A program made the position numbers and the translations under genes. The notes beneath the pieces were generated by a model that ran no database searches, was not told where the DNA came from, and was given only the letters and a program-made list of their open reading frames with translations. This document shows positions 24,501 to 36,919 of a stretch of 64,000 bases of DNA, in pieces; the stretch's first letter is position 1, and every line of letters begins with the position of its first letter. The DNA lies in NCBI GenBank assembly GCA_000708835.1, contig DF237364.1:17460-81459 (forward strand), read 5' to 3'. This DNA is from Klebsormidium nitens (Eukaryota; Plantae; Klebsormidiophyceae).

Positions 24501-27500
24501 GCTGTTCATAACACTTGCACAAGCGCCCAACGCGTTCAGAAGCTGTTCTCATCCTTCCTTCAGGTCTCTTTGTGCGCCTTCAGGGCAGACGGACTTTTGC
24601 CCGCTCGAATAGGGAGTCGATTGTTCAATATTTTCAGCTAGTGCTGGTCGAGTTCACCTAAAATTAAGCAGAACAACCAAGCCTGCAAGCCCGTAAGATC
24701 CTCACCGTCTCCTCCGCAGACAAACTCTCCCCGCCTCCCTTGCTTCCGTCCGCATCCACGCCAGAGGCAAAGGACTGCCTTTCGGACGCTTCGTTGACGT
24801 CATTTGCTGACTCGGACGCGGCCGCCTGCTTTCCAAACGGACCGCTGACGTCAGCATCCGAGTCCGCCGCAAGGACGGGCTTTCCGGACGGTTTGCTGAC
24901 GTCAGGTGCTGATGCGGACGCAGCGGCGAGTGGTTCGGACGGGTCGCGGACGTCGGTCCTGCCGTCCGAGAATGCGCGCACGAATGCGACGTATTCGCGC
25001 GGCAGCGTGAAGGTGGTGGGCATGAGCGAGTTGGCGGCGCGCGAGAAGCGCGCGAGGTGGCCTTTGAGGAGGTCCTGCAAATGATCGAACGAGTGACTAA
25101 GTTGACCACAGCTTCAAGCTTCTCGAACCCCGGGCAAACCACGTTTACGTTTACGTTACGTTTACGTTTACGTTGCGGCTTAGAGCCTGTTTTTAGGAGA
25201 TCATCGGACCAACCGTTTGAAACCCAGATCTCGCAGAAGAATCGTTTGAAATGACAGCGTTTTCGCGAGACTGCTCAATCGAACCGCTCTAAAGATGCGG
25301 TTGCTGAAGACCGCACTCTCGGAATAGACATTGCTGTGCACGAGCACTCGGTGCAGCTCAGACCTCAGCCCATTCCTTTCAGTGTAACGAAGGATGACGC
25401 GCGCTCACCTTCCTAGTGAGCTGCTTGGAGTTGGGGAAATGGTTCACCCTCTGCCACGTCAGCAGCTCGCTGTAGTCAACACGTGGCCTCTGCAGGTGAA
25501 ATACCAGGAATCAGTAGAGTACAAGGAGGCACGTCGCGGAGGCTCTAGCGAACATCGAGCAATTGCCATGGGACCCTCCGCGAAGCTGGCAATGCAGATA
25601 CTCTGTAGAGAAGAGCTCTTACATACCCTGTCACGCGCAATCTGACTTCTCACTATCTTGATGCAAAAGCTGAGGCAGAGAAGTGGCTTTTCGCAGGGAA
25701 GTACATGTAGATGATTTACAGTTTCCCGAACCTTGACTCCTTTTCGCTGCTGCATAGGAGCGACAATCCGCACAATGACAAGCTGCCACAATAAGAAACT
25801 TGTTCTCTCACCGCAGCCCAGGTCCAGAGCACGTTCCACGTCGTGCTGCGGGCGTCCGCATCCACTGCCCACGCTCCGGACACGCGCGCGCATGACGCCA
25901 GCAAGTCCGCCACCTGCACCAGAAGTGGACGTCAGCAACCGTTCGCAAGCGCTGTGCTAGTGCTACCGCTTGAATGAATGATCTGGGAATAATATAAAAG
26001 TCGTAACGTGGCCCCCTAGGAGCCGCCCACTGAAGCAAAGCGGGGCTACATCTTTCCCGATCCTATGCAACTTACCGACGGCAGCTCATTTGGACTTCTT
26101 TACAAGCAAATCTCCATCAGACCTCTGGCACTGGAAGCAGCTCACCGGGACCTTAGACGGGGCCTGATCATTCGGACGGCTCTAAGAGCGAGGATCATGC
26201 TTCGACAGGTGGAAATCCGACACAAATCTCAATCGCCAAATTGCTGTAAACTTTGAGCTGCTGTTTGCAAGGAAAAGGGAGAGGAACTTGCGGCGGCACC
26301 TCGGAGTGGTCTCCAGCGTCCACGCGCAGGAGGAGAACGTCGGACGTCCGCAGCCCAGGCCCGCCAGGCAGGTCCGGCAGCAGCTGAGCGTCCGTGTCCA
26401 GACACTGCGCGACGTCCTACATGCGCACAACAAAATTTTTCAGGGCCCTTGATTCAAATATGGGGCCCACGATGAAATTTTCTCTCTGTGATCTACAATC
26501 TGGCCGTACGCAGCTCGTCAGGTATATCCTGCGGACTGGCATACCGAAGAGCCGCGGCAGAGTAAAGGGGGCCCACGTGAAGATTGGCGTCTGTTCGGGT
26601 ATTTGTCATCCGGCCACCATTGCGAGTGACGCAGTCAAAATCCCCCTTGGAGAACGACGCGGGAGTATGTCGTCCTTTTCCATGTGAACGGTTGAAGCCC
26701 TATTGTCTATTCGGACAACCGCGGTTGAGCTCTCACCCCTGGAAAGTGACCTAAGACCGACTAGCAGGCTGACTCACTATGAGCAGAACGTCCGGGCGTT
26801 CGTTTCTGGAGCTTGTGGTGCCTCAAGAAATGTAGATTTTGTTCAAGGCAGATTCGGAATGTGCCAAAAAGGCGATTGAATGCGTTGCTTCTCACCTTGT
26901 AAAATTGCTGTAGAGCTGGACCCGGCCGTGCCGTTCCTTCCTTGCTCAGCGCCGCACCCGGAGCAAAGCGCGTGAAGATCTGCTCGAACCGGGTTAGTGA
27001 GCCAAAGTCAGTTTGGCTAACCACTGCTGAGACAAGCGTCCCGCTACCTACGGCTGAGGTGGTGGGTTCCGTTTGACTAACCCCGCTTGAATGATCGAGG
27101 TTTTGGCCTGCTGAGACTGCTGGTGCTGCTAACTTCGGAGGAATCGAGTCCCTTTCGTCGTCTTCAGCAAGAGCCCCTCTTTCCAAATGCGTAACTACAC
27201 CGCGGGAACTTTTCCCGATTTCGCCACCTAACTGGCTTGCGGATGGCTCAGGTTCGATTTCGCTCTCCGGTATCAACGAAGCGCTGTCCAACTGACCCTC
27301 GAGGGCCTTCGAAGCGGGTCCAGTTGTTGAGAACCGGCTTTCGAAGCTAGTTCCTTGTGGTGCTGACGACGCATCAGTTTCTAATGCTTCACGTTCACTG
27401 CGTTCAGGGAGACTGTTCCTCACATCGCCATCAATGAGCTGTCCCTCCGACGAATTCCCTTCTGAGGCCTGATAGGCTTCCGTTACTTCGCTCGCTTCTC

Positions 27501-29120
27501 TATGCGCACCGCTACTTGCCTCTCCGAGCATCGTTTCAGCTGAGCTAGACCTCGTGACTGGATCGCATTTGGCCGAGCTGAGAGTGTCGACTTCTTTGAG
27601 TTTTTCCTCGTTCTGCTGGAACTCAGTACTCTTGCTCAACTTTCCACCAGCGCGCTCGGCCCTTTCCGAAGAGCCTGACAAACCGCTGAGCTTTTCATGC
27701 CCAGATCCCTCCGCATGCTCTATACTTTTCTCGTATCCAGCTTCCATAGAGCCGCCAACGTTTCTAGACTTGGCGCCCTGGCTCGCTGGGCTCCTTCGAA
27801 GGCACTCGGACGGAAGTTCCGAGGAGGTTGAGATCCTAACAGTCTCAGAACCCGCACGATAAACTCCCAGGTCCCCAATCCCTGGCAGTGCCTCAACCAA
27901 AACCGCTGCCACATTCTCTTCGTCTGTTTGCGTGTTGCCTTCTTGTTCTCCATCACCCGACTTGCCGAGCTCCGTTCCCAACTTCGGCCCAACTGTCAAG
28001 TCGCTCAGATTAGAACTGTTCACGTCCTTCCCTCTAATCACACCCCCAGCCGCCCCGCTTCTAGCCGGAGCGTCCCAGCTTGACTTTTCGCCGCTACTTT
28101 CCACCCTCTTTTGGCAATTTCCGCTAGCCTTCACGTCCTTCTTCTCTCCCCCTCTTCCGAGTTCCCCAATCGTTCGCCCTCCAAGAACCCGTGCTACGTC
28201 CCTTTTCTTCTCAGCGTTCTCCTTGGCCCCCTCCCCTCTCTCCGCTTGCCCCTTCCGAGGGGTCTCACCATCCGGCTTCTTCCGCAAGCTGCTTCTTCTC
28301 CGGGGGGATGACATCACAGGCGACGCCCCGATCACGATCTCTGTGAGAATAGACGCTCGAGCAGTCTTGCTGCCTTCCAAATGGGGGGCTGCAAAGGCGC
28401 GTTTCTGAGTGGGGGCTGTTGTAGTGTCCCGAAGTGGAATATTTGCGGCCGCCTGGCGACTATTGAGTTGACCAGGGGGAGAGAAACTTGGCCCCTGCTC
28501 GTTGTCACTGAGCGATGGTGCGGTCTCTTCGGGAATCTTCGCAGAGTGCTCAGAGTTCGACAAATATTGTAACTTCGAGTTTGAGAGACTAGTGGTGGTG
28601 GAAATGAGCGGAGAAGAGGACGGGGAAGGTGACAATTGTACAGGTGCTCCTCGGATATCTGTTGGGGAGGATAATTTGGCTGGGGGAAGAGGGGGGGGGC
28701 TAGGCAGCAGCTGTAGAGCGAGATCTTCGGAGCCCTGGCGCTCCTGCAGCTCTTGATGAATAAGGCGGTGCCGCCAATTGAGACTGCACAGAGGAGGACA
28801 TGACATCAGGCAAATGCCATCAAGAGATGGTCAGGCAAAGACCTGCGTCATTGCAGTGGCCATTGATTGCAACAAAGACCAGAGCAGAACATTCTCTTGG
28901 AACAGCCACGTCTGAGCTTCACCGCCATGCTGAAAGCTAGGATCCTACAGAATGTTCAATGTCAACGAGCACCAGGCTAAAGGGAAGTCTCCAGCAGCTT
29001 AGTGTGACGGGCCAATTCACGGAGCGGTGCTTACGCTTGTCCATCAGATTGGTGGTTGCCTGAGCTGAGCTCCCCCAGCAGCTCCTCTGTGGACAGGTCA
29101 AAGATGTCGGTGCAGTCCAT
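21565..29120 (-). CDS. Tubulin-tyrosine-ligase-like (TTLL) protein, probable tubulin polyglutamylase (~1340 aa)
   Basis: Exons 29120-29035, 28783-26896, 26590-26510, 26416-26300, 25913-25812, 25489-25409, 25074-24706, 24203-23976, 23543-22755, 22343-22169 and 21665-21565, with consistent phases. TTL motifs RVNHFPNSKQLTRKDLL, WIMKP, VVQKYVEHPLL...KFDLRLYVLVTSF, HLTN and FELFGYDVLVD...PWLVEVNSSPS. The 5' exons are less certain. Confidence 0.9.
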
Positions 29121-29532
29121 GGCCTTCCGGCCTCTGCAACCCTGCCTATGCTAATGCAGGTTTGCATCGCCGCATCTGCAGCATGGGATTGAGCTGGGGA
29201 GTGCCATCAGGTGCAGAGGCACACCTTTCATCATCACGGCAGAAATCCTTATAACAAGATGTGTCAGAAAATGAATGCATGCTCCTGCTGCCACCTTCAT
29301 CAGGCGAGCTTTTTTGTCAGCAGCTTTCACAAATCAGCTGGACCCATACACAAATGCCCAGAGCAGGGCCGCAAAACTAATCAAGCCAGCTGAACAGAAG
29401 ACGGTGCAATCGTAAAGAACAGGCCCTCGTCTAATCAGCCTCTGTCGATCGCTTTGAAGTTGGAGAAGCTTTTCACAGGCGCTGACACTGAAGGGAGTGA
29501 AGCTGCCTTTCTGGCTTCCAAGGCTCACAAAG

Positions 29533-29541
29533 TTAGGGTTT
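29533..29541 (-). promoter_or_regulatory. Telo-box (AAACCCTAA) in a divergent promoter
   Basis: ttagggttt between the TTLL ATG (29120) and the PP4 ATG (30038). Confidence 0.3.
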
Positions 29542-30037
29542 GACGCAGTGCTTCTGGTGCGTCCGATACTCAGCCCGCCAACCATCGACCGCCTCTATTT
29601 GATTTGAGCTACTCGGAAAAAGGCCCTCTAAATCGTTTGGGATGAGCAAACTGTAGTTCAGAGCAAACCTGCTGCCACTGGCAGAACAGAACCACTTGAA
29701 GACGTTCTGTGCAGCTTGTAGTAGAGGGGCGCATGCTTGGCCAGGTGGTGAAGTACTTCCTTTGAAGTTTACAGCTTTCTGCCTGCTACTGCTGTTGCTC
29801 CTTCTCTGGCAAGCCATACCCTGCGTATCAGCTTCTGAAGCTGAACCGAGTTTGTATCTTGCGTGTCAAGGGCAGGCAATCCAATCCTTCAATTCAACCT
29901 GCTGAATATCTATTTCCGGGCAACCATCAATTAGTTTGATTGTAAACGACGGGAAGGTGACACTGACAGAAGAGGAGCTAAGGAAAACGTCCAAAATCAA
30001 ACAAAACCTAAAAGAGAAAAGCTGCTGTGCTTTTGGG

Positions 30038-33000
30038 ATGTCCGACCTAGACCGTCAGATTGAGCAGCTGCGGCGCTGTGAGCCTTTGAAGGAGAGTGAA
30101 GTAAAGGCGCTATGCACAAAAGCGATGGAGATCCTGGTGGAGGAGAGCAACGTGCAGCGTGTCGACTCCCCTGTCACGGTTGGTATGCTGGAACTCTCCT
30201 TGCAGGAAGTCTTTTGTGGGAGTACCAATCCCCGGCTAGTTTACAAGGGTTTACCCTGTTCCCCAGTTGCTGTCTGTGGTGGTAAATCAAAAGTCCATCT
30301 TTCTACGAGGCACATGGTAAAGTGGTACGAGTTACCGCTTGAGCGTCTTTCTTGTGGTTGTCAGCCCCTCTCAAATGATGACCAGTGATCGTACATCAAG
30401 AATTTTTGATGGACCTACTAGGTTGAGAACTAGGTTGAGAAAGCAGGTTTAGTGCGGGGCTGCTACTGTCAGCAAAACACCTAGAAGCAGCCCCTGACCT
30501 TGAAATCATGGGGCAACACTCTCGCTTTCAATTTGTGAAAGTACGCCGTGATGCACAAGAAAGTAGGGAGTTCATCGTGCGCGCCGTGTCCACTCTGGTG
30601 GAAGGCGCTGTGCTAGTCGCTCAAAACTGATCGTTAGTGGCACAAACACCAGTGTAGGGGCGCACTCGACCTGCTAGCGCACACTTCATGTATCTCATTC
30701 TCGCTGGGCGATTGCGTGGCAATTGCCTCTGAAGTGTCTGACTGGTAGAAAAGTTTAGATCCACTTAACAATATTTCAAGTAACTCTTTTTAAGTGACTC
30801 TCGTTTTTTGCTGTCCAGCTCTGTGGAGACATCCACGGCCAGTTCTATGACTTGAAAGAGCTGTTCACGGTTGGGGGGGAGTGTCCGCAGACCAACTACT
30901 TGTTCATGGGGGACTTCGTAGATCGAGGCTTCTACTCGGTGGAGACTTTCCTCCTCCTCCTTGCCCTCAAAGTGAGCTCCCTCGAGAACCGATTGGAGAT
31001 CAGAGTTGCCATAAGCAGCTCATTCTGAGGATTTTGCAGTTTGACATTCAAGAAAGTCAGTTTGGCATACAAGAAAGTTCGTACCATGAAATGATTGCTG
31101 TGTACGCCTGCATTACAGAGCATGGAAGAAGCACTTGTTTTTCATAGCGCCCTTCCAGATCAAAGGCGGCTAGCGGACTCACGATTGTAAGGCGGCTCAA
31201 GGGGAGTCCTTCGGTGAAGAAAACAGTGTACGGTCAGATTACGTTAGTCATGAATGTAATATATGTGTACTATCTACGAGTGAGGACAGACAGATACGAG
31301 TGACCCTGTCTGATTGTTGAGGTGGTTCTTGCAGGTACGCTATCCAGACAGGATAACGTTGATACGCGGCAATCATGAAAGTAGGCAGATTACGCAGGTA
31401 AGTATCCCTCATGTTTGCGAAATGCGAAGTCCCCCAAGTATCTTCTAAATGGTTCGTTTCATCCTTGACAAACGCGTCTCCTTGCAGACAGTGCTTGATG
31501 GAAGGCGCTGTAACCACCATGCATCCACTACTGAGACCTTGCGGCGTATCTTACATCGTACCCTGGAAGTGTTGCAAAACAAGAATGTTCAATAACGTTC
31601 TACTGCAGATTCTCCGAACCACAAGATGTATGAAAGTTGGTTCTGTAGATGACCGCCTCTCTGCTCAGAAGTTGAAAGTCTGAGCTCTGTGGAAGATGTT
31701 GAAAAGGCTATGCAAGCATAGCGCTGGCTTGTTGAGAAAGCAGACCCTTCCGTCGGCTTTACTTTCAGGTGTACGGGTTCTACGACGAATGTTTGCGGAA
31801 ATACGGGTCCGTCAACGTGTGGCGATACTGCACCGACATATTCGACTATCTAAGGTGAGGGACACCTCCCATGTGACTTGGCTGTCAAGGGTCCTGCTCT
31901 ACAAGATTCTCGACGAACTGAAGTAGTTTGCAACACGACTGCGTTCTGGATCCAATAGTGTTTGATGATGGGCTTCTACCTTTGATGAGTTTGAGCGTCG
32001 GTGCTGGGAGCCGGCTCCAAGTCCCAATACTTTCCCAAACAGTGAAACCGCAAGTTCTGGCAACACAAGTCGTGGAGCAAGCATGGATCGTCATGTCCGT
32101 CTCTCTTGTCACGTGCCCTGCGCTTCCTTAGGTTAAGATCTCCTCATAGGGGAAAGAAATATTGACAGGATCAAAGTTTGATTTCCCTCAACGATGTGTG
32201 GGCGTGCTTATTTGCTCCGATATCCTCCGACCTACGTTCTGCATGGTTGATTCGATTGACATCAGTCGTTCATCCATTGTGTTGATTTGCTCTCCCTGAT
32301 CTCTTGCCCTCTTGCAGTTTATCGGCGCTCATCGACAACCGAATCTTCTGCGTGCACGGGGGCCTCTCACCTTCGATCAGCACCCTTGACCAAGTGAGCT
32401 GACGAAACTTTTGGCTTGCGCTGAGGCAAATCGCGTCATCTTCCAATTCTTTTGTAAGCCGGCAGCCGCTTCTAGGGGACCTTCTTTAGCATCGCGCGTC
32501 TTCAAGCAGTAAGAGAGAGAAGTTCTGGTTTCTCAAGTGAGCATTGAGGTTTGCCTACCGTCAGCCGCTGTTTCCAACGGCGTCACAAATCCAACGGTCT
32601 CGATTTCGGACGGCAGTCTTACGAGGATCTTGGCACCATGCGATCGGCCTTGTCCACGCATGGCCTACGCCCACTTCAAGCAGACAGCCCACTCCTGGTG
32701 CGGCCCTGACCTGTTTTTCTTCTCAACATTGTCCATCGTTCAAGTCCTTTAAAGTATACTAACCCGCTCGTTGAAGGGTTCAGTTGCTCTGGCGGACTGA
32801 GCCTTTTCTCCGATTTCAGGAGATTCGAACCCCTTACTCGCATCTCGGATCCGTGCGGTTGGTGCACCCAGGAGGCGCTTAGGCGAGTGGCGCAATGTGC
32901 GAGTTGCAAAGGTTTGATTTATCGAGAGCTCAATTTTGATGAACCATCTTAATCAATTCCACCTTCTTTCTCCCCCAGATCCGCGCAATTGACCGGAAGC

Positions 33001-34564
33001 AGGAGGTCCCCCACGACGGTGCGATGTGCGACTTGCTGTGGTCGGACCCGGAAGAGATCGAGGGGTGGGGCCTGAGCCCGCGGGGGGCAGGATACCTGTT
33101 TGGGGGTGACGTCGCGACGACCTTCTGCCATGACAACAAGGTGAGAGGAGACAAGGAGCGAGCGGTTCAAGGAAAGTGACGCAGAAATGGTTGGGAAACT
33201 GTATTGTCCGTTTCGCACTCGCTCATGTAATGAGCCAAGCAGGATCTCATGTAATGAGCCAAGGATCCTGTGAGCATGCTTGAGCAGCGTTCACATGTCA
33301 AGCGACGCAAGAGAGTACCTTATTCATAGCAACGCAGGATTGGTTCGAGAACTGGAATCTTATTTAACTCAGCCATTTTGATGTTAGGCATCCTTGAGCG
33401 ACGGCCGATAGAACTAGCAAGTTGCAATTAGTTGCGTTGAGCTAGCCTCAAATGGTTGGGAACGAGGAATAGGCCACTCGAGGCAGTAGCCGACTCTCAA
33501 AACGAGCAAGGGGTTTCTTGAACGACGGGGTTTAAGTGCACTTGAACCCTGTTGGCGAACAATCATTACGCTCTTTTCCACACGCATCGTTTGCTAATTT
33601 GCGCTCGCTAATGTTATGCCCCTCTCTTTTGATGCGAAGGTGGAGCTGATAGCGCGCGCGCACCAGCTGGTGATGGAGGGCTACAAGTGGCTCTTTAACC
33701 AGCAGCTCGTCACCGTTTGGTCTGCGCCCAACTACTGCTACCGGTGAGCCTCCTTCCGCGGCACGTCAATCTTGGAAGCAAGTTGTTCTCGTTTTGAAGT
33801 CGTTGGCGTTGTGGCTCTTGTTTATAAAGCTGTGGCGCGCTGTCGAGTGCACGACTGCCAATGCCTTGGAGAGAGAGTCGGAAGCTTGATGCACTAGATG
33901 TTTGCTTTAGAGTACTCTTCCCTTCATTCAGCGACTAGATCACAGCGAACGAACTGATCCAATAGCGTGGAGAGCGGAGCCATTGCGTTGAGGTCCTGGA
34001 TAGAACGTTTGGCGTTTGAAATGACATCTCGGAGAGTGCGAGTCATGGAGAAGCGCTCCGTCGTGTCCCATCGTTCGATAACCAGTGAGCTTGAAGCGGG
34101 GCAAAGGGCTCGTTCTATAGGCGGTCCTTGCTTCCTTGCTGGAAACCTGTCGACCATTCCGCCAGAACAGGCTGTGCCTGTCTTATCTAAGCTGGGTGCG
34201 CTTGTGCAGGTGTGGGAACGTGGCCGCTATTTTGGAGCTGGACGAGCATCTAGAGAAGAAGTTCACCGTCTTCGAAGCAGCACCCCAGGTAATTTGGTTT
34301 TCACGAACCGTCTCTACTTGCATGCCCAATGCCAGCCTTTAAATCCCTGAGGCAACCGTTCACTTAACACCAAGACAATCTGCCGTACATTCGCTGTTTT
34401 TGGTTCTGTCACGCGCTTCTCGCACTTTAGAGTTCCTTCTAGAGCAGGAGTCTTTGCAGTGATCTTGCAAGGACCGTCTTTTTTGACTTGACGTTACTTG
34501 TCTTCTCTCACAGGATGTTCGAGGCGTTCCCTCTTCCAAGCCTGCTCCGGACTATTTCCTTTAA
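30038..34564 (+). CDS. PPX1: Serine/threonine protein phosphatase PP4 (PP-X) catalytic subunit (304 aa)
   Basis: Exons 30038-30178, 30819-30971, 31335-31397, 31769-31854, 32318-32393, 32979-33140, 33640-33743, 34210-34288 and 34514-34564. PPP motifs GDIHG, GDFVDRG and RGNHE. PP4-type N-terminus [11 protein letters not shown] and C-terminal DYFL. Confidence 0.97.
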
Positions 34565-35436
34565 GCAACTACCCAAAAAAGCCGCTTCGCGAATGCGATT
34601 AGCTCTAAAGCCACTTGCATGAGCCACTCGATCTTAGGGGACTTCATATCCCCGTTCTTGTACTGTATGAAGAAGGAAGAAGGCCTTATGTGAGTCTGCT
34701 TCCGGCGTTTACTTGTCTAGAATGGTCACACGGCTCTTTGGAATGTTGAACCGTCGAGAAGGTAGCAAACCTGGCAAGCTGTAGGAATCATATCTGGTTT
34801 ACGCAACGCTAGTCAACCATTGCTTATGCAAGATTGCTAGGGACGAGGCCGTCGAGTCGATGGTCGGGTTTTCTACAATTAAGAGCTCAGCTCCGGAATG
34901 CTTGCTCTATGGGTGCTCCAGTCCAACCTTTGATTGAGCTTCGTACGAGGGACCAGACTTCGGGCCTGCCTGCACTGTAACAGTTTCATCATTGCAGCGC
35001 CGAGCTCAATGCTGCCAAATGATGCCGCTGCTCAAGTGTCAATACCTCATAGCCCGCACCGCCTTGCAGGCCGCGAAGTAGGTCGTGGTGGTGAATCGTG
35101 CTCGCGGCTCTCGGAATGGCGATGCAAGCATTTCAAGAACATGTTCATGGCAGCTTGCCGTTGATTGATCGGAGTTTATAAACTTATCACCCGCATCTTA
35201 TACGATGCGGGCTTGCAAATTGTCTTATAATTAGCTGAGCCTGCATGTGCATGCCGACCAGATACTGCCTGGCATGCGCATGCATGTGCATGATATATTG
35301 CCTTCAATGTAGCCTGAAGTCGAATTCGAGCTCTTAGTAGCCTGGCGGCTAGCTAGCCGCGGCGGCCCCGATACTTGCATGATGGCGGCACCATATACAC
35401 ATGAGCCTAGCCTAGCTAGCCCTACTAACATATATA

Positions 35437-36167
35437 CCGTAGTGGAACGTAATGATTCCGAATGCTTGAAAACCTTATTTATTTTATTGAATGCGAGCGA
35501 CTTTCAGCAATTATTTTCCTGAATCCGACCCTGAATCCGAATGGTCCTGAGAATTAAATTCGGATTCTCATTTTGCCTGTCCAAATTCTACGGCAGGCAC
35601 TGTGAACACTTCTCCAACGTTTATATATACAATGAAATCATGAAAAGCTTGAGCACCATGCGTAATGAATCACTATCTAGCTGATTGTATGCACCTTCAA
35701 CGTAGCGCGGGAGAAAGCTTCTTGCCAAACCCGAAGGAAAGGATGTCAGACTGCCGGCTCTTTGCTCTAGCATTGTTTGAAGCGGAGACTGTAGCGCGTC
35801 CTATGGTGGCCAGCCTTGCTGGCTGTTCTCCTGACATTGCGCCCTTTTGTTCCGTCTTGTCAAAACCTCGTCTGATCTGTGTGCTACAGAGCAGACTGCA
35901 AGCTACCTGGGGTAGCCGCCGCGCCGCGGTCGCGCGCCCGGCGCGGCCGCGCCCAGCCATGCGCTCAGCGGCCGCGCTGTGCTGCAAGCCCTGGCCATAC
36001 GGGCGCCGTCGGAGTTTATTTATAAATCCGAATTTTCAAAATCCGAATGCTGGAATGGAGTTATTTTCTGAATGCGAATCTGCACTTTCCGAACCCAAAA
36101 GTGGGTTTCTAACTTTCCGAAGGCAAATAATTATTTATTTATTCGGAATCATTACGTTCCACTACGG
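35437..36167. mobile_element. Non-autonomous DNA transposon (MITE) with 27-bp perfect TIRs and TA target-site duplication
   Basis: TA|CCGTAGTGGAACGTAATGATTCCGAAT at 35435-35463 and its exact reverse complement ATTCGGAATCATTACGTTCCACTACGG|TA at 36141-36169. AT-rich subterminal regions carry repeated ATCCGA/TTCCGA. No transposase ORF. Confidence 0.85.
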
Positions 36168-36919
36168 TACGTTGAATCACTCAGCTAGTCATGTGTACAT
36201 ACGCATGCATAAGTCAGTGCACACGGTGACAGTACAATGATCGATCGAACTAGCTGCATCACATGGCATTGACACTTGTAGTTTAATCCTGGTGTCGCGT
36301 TCAAAGTTTATCTGCCCGGCCCGGCCGTCACTGGCCGTACTTATAAGCTAGTTGACGTGTCAAGGTTGCCGTACGTAGACCAAGAGTGGCCGCCTGTTAG
36401 AGCATACTAAGTCATGGTGCCGGCTGCGGGGAAAAAGCCACTGACAGCCCAGCCACACCGTACATTAACGGTAAACAGAAAGGCAGTTGTACGATGAGAG
36501 ATGCTAACACATGTGGGCCACGCTAAAAATATGTGGCCGCGGCCTCGCAAGACTGGAAGCCACGGATTGAAAGACGGGATTGTTGCGTGTCCGAGCTAGC
36601 CTGTTCTTTGCAATCTTCGATGGCCGCATAACAGGGCAAAGAGTTGACTAGCAATAAATTGAATAGCTCCAGCCCGGAGAAATCTGGAGGCTTTCATCTA
36701 AAAACAATTCCACTCAAGGTGGAAAGACTGCTTTCTGGTTTAGCGCTACACAGTGAGGGAACCTCTGCACAGGATCGTCCCTGTAAGCGGCAATGTAAGT
36801 TCGACCGAAGAGCATTACCCTCCAACGGTTTACCTTATTGCATCCTGATTTTGGAGCCACAGTCGCGGCTCACGGCTGTCCCTTCCGTCCCATCACATTG
36901 ACACAGTACCAATCGCATG

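Noticed and set aside
25141-25173. (TTTACG)n microsatellite in a TTLL intron
   Set aside because: Ordinary short simple repeat and not telomeric.
26591-26699. Alternative longer TTLL exon 3 in another frame
   Set aside because: It ends in phase 1, which is incompatible with the more protein-like phase-0 reading of the next exon.
27554-28756. Plus-strand ORFs (27554-27862, 27932-28408, 28502-28756)
   Set aside because: These are antisense shadows of the long TTLL exon.
32815-32900. tRNA T-loop-like GGTTCGAATC on the minus strand
   Set aside because: No T-stem or cloverleaf. The region is better explained as a PP4 exon-6 echo.
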